DNA of 48,618 nt from Cyanobacteria bacterium J06626_4 (lineage in GTDB: Bacteria > Cyanobacteriota > Cyanobacteriia > Phormidesmidales > Phormidesmidaceae), in contig JBCBJQ010000039.1 of the NCBI GenBank assembly GCA_038523235.1, positions 1-48,618 of the forward strand, in the 5' to 3' direction. The position numbers were made by a program, and so were the translations under genes. The number at the start of each line of letters is the position of its first letter. Position 1 is the stretch's first letter. Shown piece by piece: positions 42,487 to 48,618 of the stretch. The notes under the pieces are model-generated. The model ran no database searches. It was not told the DNA's origin and saw only the letters and a list, made by a program, of their open reading frames with translations.

Positions 42487-43299
42487 CTACTGCCCCACGA
42501 TCGCTTCATCGCTGTCGTTAGCAATGCTAGGCACAGACTCGTTGAGGGCCTTTTTCGCAATGCGCGTCACGTATACCGTGACAGCAACCGTGGCAATAAA
42601 GGCAATGATGCGAATCGTCCAAGTAATCGTCGGGTTGCTCGGCGTTTCCCCCGCACCTAAGGTGGCCAGATTACCCGCTAAAGATCCTAAATAGACATAC
42701 ATAATGGTGCCGGGGATAATGCCTGTTGTCCCCAGCACATAGTCTTTTAACGAAACCTTGGTCAATCCCAATCCATAGTTGAGCAGGTTAAAAGGAAAAG
42801 CCGGAGACAGGCGAATCAGAAAAATGATTTTGCGACCCTCACGACCGATCGCCTCATCAATCGCCTTAAATTTTTCACGGCTGGCAATTTTACGGCCGAC
42901 CCAATCCCTAGCCAGATATCTGCCCACCAAAAATGCTGCCGTTGCTCCCAGCATCGCACCCACAAAGACCAACAGTGATCCTTTCACTACACCAAAAACG
43001 ACACCGGCCCCCAATGTCACGATTGAGGCCGGTACAAACGCGACGGTAACCACGACATACAACACAATGAAGGCGATGGGTGCGATCGCCCCCAAACTAT
43101 CAATCCAGGCCAGCGCATCGACCAGCCAGCCCTGAATTTGGCCAAATAGGCCGGGGCCAGACGCACTGGCGGCTTCTTGAGCTAGCAGCGGCAGCTGGGG
43201 CCAAAGTGAAACCATTAGCATCGTGAGCACACTCAACATCGTCAGGCGAGCAGACCGTCGCTTCAAGCTTAAAGGAATTTGGATGGCCGAGAGGTTCAT
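42487..43299 (-). CDS. TVP38/TMEM64 (DedA/SNARE-associated) membrane protein
   Basis: VPASIVTLGAGVVFG, AFLVGRYLAR, LIRLSPAFPFNLLNY and IPGTIMYVYLGS. Confidence 0.93.
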   Translation of the reverse strand: MNLSAIQIPLSLKRRSARLTMLSVLTMLMVSLWPQLPLLAQEAASASGPGLFGQIQGWLVDALAWIDSLGAIAPIAFIVLYVVVTVAFVPASIVTLGAGVVFGVVKGSLLVFVGAMLGATAAFLVGRYLARDWVGRKIASREKFKAIDEAIGREGRKIIFLIRLSPAFPFNLLNYGLGLTKVSLKDYVLGTTGIIPGTIMYVYLGSLAGNLATLGAGETPSNPTITWTIRIIAFIATVAVTVYVTRIAKKALNESVPSIANDSDEAIVGQ

Positions 43300-43408
43300 G
43301 GCGGTGTCCGGAGTCAGTACAGGGTGCGAAAAGAATCAATGGAAGCTGGGCGCAATCAGGTCAGGTTGAAGTCAGAAACTCAGCGTTACCCCCGTTGAAA
43401 CGATGGGT

Positions 43409-44422
43409 CTAGTCAGTCAGCGAGCCACCGCAGCTAGAGCCGCTACCGGCAGTGCAGCCATAGCAATAGGATCGGGTTTGAACGGTGCGAATGATGTCTA
43501 GCGTTCCCGCTGCGAGCAGCGTCGCGACGGTCACTGGCATACCGTCAGCGGTTTGAGCGGGCACTGCCGCCATTTGATTAAAATCACAGTCGTAAACATC
43601 GCCGCGATAGTCAATCGACAACTCGTGGCGACACATGAGCGCCGTCACGGTCTTGGGGTTGTGATGGGCTGCCAAAAACTGCGTATAAGGCTGTAGTAAG
43701 CCCCGATGTTCTAGCTGCCAGCGGGTGCGGCCAATCGGTAAATTTGTAATGGTCAACAGGTGATTGAAAGCAATGCCAAAGTGTTGAGCCAGATATTGCT
43801 GATAATCGTTTTGCAAGCCCACTTGACTGGGTGTGAGGGAGAAGTTTTCGGTGGTGGGAACAGGGGGATTGTAGACCAGATCTAAGATCAACCCTGGCTC
43901 ATGGCCGTATCCCAAGGCGTTGAGCTGCTGAATGGCTTTGATCGAGGCATCGTAGACGCCCTGGCCTCGCATGGCATCAACATTGTCGGCCAAATAACAG
44001 GGTAAGGAGGCGACCACGCGCACGCGCTGCTGGGCCAAATAGTCGGGCAGGTCAGTAAATCCTGGCTCAAAAAAGATCGTCAAATTAGAGCGGACGATGA
44101 TTTCTTTGTGGAGCGATCGTGCCTTTTCGACTAGGGGGCGAAAGCCATAATTCATCTCTGGTGCGCCCCCGGTTAGATCAACCGTCTGAATCTGCGGAAA
44201 GCGATCGAGCACAGTCAGCAGCTGATCGAGCACCTCGGGGTTGAGTTCTTCCGTACGGTGGGGCCCAGCTTCCACATGACAGTGGCGGCAGGCCAAATTA
44301 CAACGCCGTCCTAAATTGATCTGCAAGACTTGAATGGATTGTTTCTCGAGCGGTGCCCCCAAGGCCTGCTCGAAGGGGGGAATCACAACTGAGCGCTGAA
44401 GACTTTCGGGAGATGAAACCAT
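43409..44422 (-). CDS. arsS: Radical SAM protein, ArsS/DUF3641 family (arsenosugar biosynthesis type)
   Basis: LQINLGRRCNLACRHCHVEAGP (CxxxCxxC), DLTGGAPE, ASLPCY, YDCDFNQM and CYGCTAGSGSSCGG. Confidence 0.88.
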   Translation of the reverse strand: MVSSPESLQRSVVIPPFEQALGAPLEKQSIQVLQINLGRRCNLACRHCHVEAGPHRTEELNPEVLDQLLTVLDRFPQIQTVDLTGGAPEMNYGFRPLVEKARSLHKEIIVRSNLTIFFEPGFTDLPDYLAQQRVRVVASLPCYLADNVDAMRGQGVYDASIKAIQQLNALGYGHEPGLILDLVYNPPVPTTENFSLTPSQVGLQNDYQQYLAQHFGIAFNHLLTITNLPIGRTRWQLEHRGLLQPYTQFLAAHHNPKTVTALMCRHELSIDYRGDVYDCDFNQMAAVPAQTADGMPVTVATLLAAGTLDIIRTVQTRSYCYGCTAGSGSSCGGSLTD

Positions 44423-44536
44423 AAATTGCTAAAGAGATGAACGATGACAGCGATTGGGGCAACATGGCCGCTCTTGAGCAGGGCACTTTAACCTGACTGC
44501 TACGGCTGTAGACCCCCTTTATTAGACAAGCATGAG

Positions 44537-44613
44537 CTGAATCTTACCTGAGAGGATTAACTAAACTTCCTGAGGCAGAAAATCAGCGATTTCTCAGGTT
44601 CTCTTGTTACCTT
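44537..44613. promoter_or_regulatory. Divergent promoter with 11-bp phased CTGA/TCAG repeats (OmpR-type boxes)
   Basis: CTGA at 44537, 44548 and 44570; TCAG at 44583 and 44594; TACCTT -10-like hexamer at 44608. Confidence 0.4.
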
Positions 44614-44639
44614 TGAAACCAGCTTATTGAACAAGATTT

Positions 44640-46085
44640 ATGGCCTGGTCCAACCACCCCATCCTCAAAAATCTACGGTCGCCAAGCTTAAATTCTATTC
44701 AGTTTCGGTTGACGGCTGGGGTGGTCTTGGCTGCCGCTCTCAGCATCGGTGGGATGGCGGGCTGGCTGAATTGGCGGTTACGGCAGATCCTCTTGTCAGG
44801 CCATGAAGAAGCCGTCGCCAGCTTATCGCAGCGTTTTAACGATGACGTCATCCTCTACGAAGAGATGATGACAACAACCGAGGCGGTGCAAAAAGTCATT
44901 GATCGCCGGGCCATGGGGGATACGGCCATTTGGGTAAAAGCGCCGAGTGGCGAACTCATGGCTCAATCAGAAACGCTGTCAATGGGCTCGTGGCAAGCAG
45001 CCGGTCTGACCGAATATTTGCGATCGCTCCCGGCTCAAAGAAGTTTAGAAACCTTGATGGTCGGCGATCGGGCTTTAGCAATTTGTATTGGGCCCATCCA
45101 CCGTCAAGGTGAACCAATTGGCACTTTGTTTATCGTTGAAGATATTACGCAGAATCATCGCACCTACCTAGCGATGTCTCGCAGCTTAGTGATTATTAGC
45201 GGCAGTATGATTTTGCTGTTAACCGGTCTGATTGCCCTCTACGTGCGTCAGTCTCTGCAACCGATCAAATCTCTGAGTAAAGAGATGACTGGGGTGACCG
45301 CTGACTCCTTAAATGCCAAACGTCTGGCCTTAGATAAAGCACCGACTGAAGTCAAAGAGCTGGCTCAAGCCCTCGACCATACCCTTGAGCGTCTATCCCA
45401 GTCTTGGAAACAGCAGCGACGTTTAGTCGGCGACGTCTCTCACGAGTTGCGCACGCCGCTCACCCTGGTGCAGGGATATTTGCAGAGTACCCTGCGCCGT
45501 TGCCAAACCCTGACTGAGCCGCAGCGCGATGGCCTGGAAACCGCCGCTGCTGAAACCGATCGCACCATTCAGATTTTGAATGACCTATTGGTTTTGGCAC
45601 GCGCTAGTATGGGGCATCTCCATTTATCAGGGGAGCGCTTGGACTTAAAAGGAATCGTTTTGGATGCCGTCACGATGGCCGATGCCACCGGTAATCGCAT
45701 CGAAGCCGAGATCACCGATTCCCCCCTTTGGGTGCGAGCCGATGCCAGCGCCCTACGACAAGTTTTGGTCAATCTGATGGACAATGCCCTCAACTATTCC
45801 ACACCCGACGTTGGCGTCACGGTTAAGCTGTTTCGACAAGAGCAAACAGCCGTTGTGCAAGTCTGCGATCGCGGGCGGGGCATTCCCCTAGCGGACCAGG
45901 CAGAGATTTTTGAGCCCTTTTATCGAGTTGATGTGGATCGTTCACGGGCAACCGGCGGCACGGGTCTAGGATTAGCCATTGTGAAAGCCCTGTTGGCGAG
46001 AATGCGCGGTACGGTTACGGTGCAGTCAAACCCTGGTACCGGCAGCACTTTCACTGTTCACCTACCCATCTGTCAAGGAGTGTGA
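44640..46085 (+). CDS. Membrane sensor histidine kinase (HAMP-HisKA-HATPase)
   Basis: Two TMs, VSHELRTPLT H-box, NLMDNALNY N-box, DRGRGI, FEPFYR and GGTGLGL. Confidence 0.96.
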   Translation: MAWSNHPILKNLRSPSLNSIQFRLTAGVVLAAALSIGGMAGWLNWRLRQILLSGHEEAVASLSQRFNDDVILYEEMMTTTEAVQKVIDRRAMGDTAIWVKAPSGELMAQSETLSMGSWQAAGLTEYLRSLPAQRSLETLMVGDRALAICIGPIHRQGEPIGTLFIVEDITQNHRTYLAMSRSLVIISGSMILLLTGLIALYVRQSLQPIKSLSKEMTGVTADSLNAKRLALDKAPTEVKELAQALDHTLERLSQSWKQQRRLVGDVSHELRTPLTLVQGYLQSTLRRCQTLTEPQRDGLETAAAETDRTIQILNDLLVLARASMGHLHLSGERLDLKGIVLDAVTMADATGNRIEAEITDSPLWVRADASALRQVLVNLMDNALNYSTPDVGVTVKLFRQEQTAVVQVCDRGRGIPLADQAEIFEPFYRVDVDRSRATGGTGLGLAIVKALLARMRGTVTVQSNPGTGSTFTVHLPICQGV

Positions 46086-46088
46086 CCC

Positions 46089-46763
46089 ATGAAACCCAAA
46101 ATTTTACTCATTGAAGATGAGCAGAAACTCGCCAAATTTGTCGAAATGGAGCTGGGTTACGAAGACTATGATGTCACCGTGGCCAATGATGGTTTATCGG
46201 GACTCATGGCCGCTCGCGATGCTGAGCCCAACCTGGTTTTGCTCGACTGGATGATGCCAGGTCTGAGCGGGGTCGAAGTCTGTCGGCGGCTGCGGGCCAC
46301 CGGCTTTAAGGAACCCATCATTTTAATGACGGCTAAAGACGATGTCGCCGATCGCGTCGCGGGGTTAGATGCCGGGGCTGATGACTACGTCGTCAAACCA
46401 TTTAGCATTGAGGAGCTGCTGGCGCGGGTGCGGGCTCATCTCCGCCGCAGCGAACCGCAGGAAGTTGATACGCTACAGTTTCAAAATCTCACCCTCAACC
46501 GCAAAACTCGAGAAGTCCAGCGGGGTAGTCGCAGCATTGAATTAACCGCGAAGGAATTTGACCTGCTGGACTATTTGATGACGCATCCGCGCCAGGTCCT
46601 GACTCGAGATCGCATTCTCGAAGAAGTCTGGGGCTATGACTTTATGGGTGATTCCAACATCATTGAAGTCTATATTCGCTATCTCCGCTTAAAACTCGAA
46701 GCCGAGGGAGAAAAGCGATTGATTCAGACCGTACGCGGTGTGGGTTACGTCTTAAAAGATTAA
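46089..46763 (+). CDS. OmpR-family response regulator
   Basis: ILLIEDE, LLDWMMP, GADDYVVKPF and winged-helix IQTVRGVGY. Confidence 0.97.
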   Translation: MKPKILLIEDEQKLAKFVEMELGYEDYDVTVANDGLSGLMAARDAEPNLVLLDWMMPGLSGVEVCRRLRATGFKEPIILMTAKDDVADRVAGLDAGADDYVVKPFSIEELLARVRAHLRRSEPQEVDTLQFQNLTLNRKTREVQRGSRSIELTAKEFDLLDYLMTHPRQVLTRDRILEEVWGYDFMGDSNIIEVYIRYLRLKLEAEGEKRLIQTVRGVGYVLKD

Positions 46764-46989
46764 GTCCCGTTTGAGCAGAACCTACCCCTCCCTCTACAGC
46801 AGGACTAATGCAGCTAACGACTGGGTCGGTCGTCAGCAAGCAGCCGTCAGCTACATTAACATCCCATAACTGAGCGTAGATGTCAGGAAGTGCGACAGAC
46901 CAACTCCGTCAAACCATTCAGGTCATCCAAGCGCTCAAACAGAGTCAGTGCATTCTGTCCACAAGTGGGGTTCACTTAGGAGTACTTGA

Positions 46990-48477
46990 TTAAGCAGCGG
47001 GCGTTGTGCCCAAAAATGGCAGTGTGACTAGGAAGCGGTAGTTTGACTCAGCGTCTTCGAGCAACGTGAGTGTACCCCCATGACGCTCAATTAAATGACG
47101 GCTCAACAGCAGCGACAGCGTCTCTCGTGATTGCAAAAACTCTGACTGAGGCTGAAAACTCTGTGACTGGTGAGCGACAGCGGTGGCGACAGCATCGGCC
47201 CGGCCCGTCGCCCGAGCCAGCAGTCGTGACAGCATCGTGGCCTCGGTTTGGGCATTGCCCAAACTCTTGTGCAACGTTGCCACCCGATTAGGAATGCCAT
47301 CCCCTAACCAGGGGTGTGTCATTCTGATACTAATATTGAGGGCGCTGTCTCGCTCAGCACTGTGAACCCGGATAGTGCCCCCTTCTTTTGAGAGCTGAAT
47401 GATGCTGAAAAGCAGATGATAGAGCGAATGACGCACCACGTCGCGATCGAGGGTCCAAAGCCGTGAGCCGGGTTCTACCGTGAATCGAAGCTCCTGGTTT
47501 TTTTGCTCAGAGATAGGTGCCAACATCTGGTGGACATGTTGCCCCACCATATCGACATCAACTGAAGTGGGGTGCAAAGGTTGTATCCGAGCGTCTAAAC
47601 CGCTCAGTTCAAGCATTTCACTCGCAACTTTCAGCAGGTATTGGCTACTCGTATGTACGATGTCAGCATATTCGCGCTGCTTAGGGGTGAGGGTGCCATA
47701 AATTTCGCGGCTAAGCATGTTAGCCATCCCCGTAATCGTCGTGAGGGGATTACGCAGGTCTTGCGTGAGCTGACTGATCAGAGTCAGTCGCACCGTATCT
47801 AATAAGTAGTTTTCATCAGTCGGAACAGCAGTCTTACCCGGTGTTGTCGACGCCGTTGGTCCTGCAAGGGCCTGGGTGAGTTGGTGTCGCTCATATTCGC
47901 TAATGCTCCAGCGGGCAAGCAACTCCATAAAGGCGATCGCTTCTGCCGAGAAGCTGTGGGGCTCAGTATCCATCGCAGCCAGTAGCCCCAAACATTTACC
48001 CTCCGACGTCAACAGCGGAATGCCGATGTAGGACCGAATGCCATACTCACGCACCAAATAAGATTCCGTAAAGGGACCACTGTCAGGAATGCGCGGCAGC
48101 ACCAAGCTGCGTTTAGGGTGCAGAACAGCGGTGGACAAAGCATCATTCAGAGGTAAACGGCGAGTTCTCGCCAGGGGATTCATCAACCCCAACTGAGAGA
48201 GCCCTAAAGCCGCCTTTAAAACCACGGCATCCGGCGTGGTGATGCCGACAAAACAGATTGGAATGCCCAAATATCTTGAAGCGGTTTGGGTCGCTTCCTC
48301 GAATAGAGGAAATTCAGTATCTAGCAAGGTTGAAGTTGGAGACATTGGCAGGCTGGTAACTGGCTGGCTAGCGGATGCAGCAAACAAGGGCGGTGCCTGT
48401 GTCGTGACGGCATACTCTTCGGAGTCGAGAGAGAGAGTTGGCTTCATAGACATCACCAATGGCCCTAGCTGATTCAT
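46990..48477 (-). CDS. GAF domain histidine-kinase-like protein with degenerate H-box
   Basis: GAF (YGIRSYIGIPL...GLLAAMD) and HisKA-like SQLTQDLRNPLTTI with Gln in place of His. Start uncertain. Confidence 0.85.
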   Translation of the reverse strand: MNQLGPLVMSMKPTLSLDSEEYAVTTQAPPLFAASASQPVTSLPMSPTSTLLDTEFPLFEEATQTASRYLGIPICFVGITTPDAVVLKAALGLSQLGLMNPLARTRRLPLNDALSTAVLHPKRSLVLPRIPDSGPFTESYLVREYGIRSYIGIPLLTSEGKCLGLLAAMDTEPHSFSAEAIAFMELLARWSISEYERHQLTQALAGPTASTTPGKTAVPTDENYLLDTVRLTLISQLTQDLRNPLTTITGMANMLSREIYGTLTPKQREYADIVHTSSQYLLKVASEMLELSGLDARIQPLHPTSVDVDMVGQHVHQMLAPISEQKNQELRFTVEPGSRLWTLDRDVVRHSLYHLLFSIIQLSKEGGTIRVHSAERDSALNISIRMTHPWLGDGIPNRVATLHKSLGNAQTEATMLSRLLARATGRADAVATAVAHQSQSFQPQSEFLQSRETLSLLLSRHLIERHGGTLTLLEDAESNYRFLVTLPFLGTTPAA

Positions 48478-48618
48478 TACACATCAATCGTTCCCGTTAA
48501 GGTTCTATCTCTAAACGTATCAGCAAGAATTATTAGAGAAAAAATCCAGATTTTTGCCTTAACGACTATCGGTTATTACGGAAGTTCAGGCTCTTTGCAA
48601 AAGCTTCATTAATTAGCC

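Noticed and set aside
43409..43450. Selenocysteine recoding in ArsS
   Set aside because: The C-terminal GSSCGG has Cys and the ORF has no in-frame TGA.

Overview
This is a chromosomal window from a cyanobacterium. The HIP1 octamer GCGATCGC is very frequent and the gene content is typically cyanobacterial. Housekeeping genes include the STAS/mini-RNase III/rlmB/DUF1816 cluster, glgB, leuA, a type I GAPDH, a HEAT-repeat protein, arsS and an OmpR-family two-component pair. Accessory genes include a ~2800-aa mosaic protein (S8 protease, propeller, 4x Calx-beta/CBM-like, GH74-like), a CHASE2-GGDEF-EAL sensor, an AAC(3)-I-like acetyltransferase, a triple-TIR/WD40 membrane protein, a PGM1-like ATP-grasp ligase and a PEP-CTERM protein. 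No rRNA, tRNA, CRISPR array, transposase or reverse transcriptase was recognised. The most notable unexplained signals are: (1) two tandem ~217-bp non-coding units at 34836-35278, each folding into a short and a ~160-nt hairpin that is preserved despite sequence divergence; (2) a 64-aa secreted peptide gene with a DUF928-like PGxRxGGGT motif directly upstream of the CHASE2 receptor, a candidate peptide-signal/c-di-GMP system; (3) an inverted chimeric junction in the first 118 bp; (4) a probable ATA start codon in the STAS gene. All calls come from manual reading of motifs; no searches or folding programs were run.
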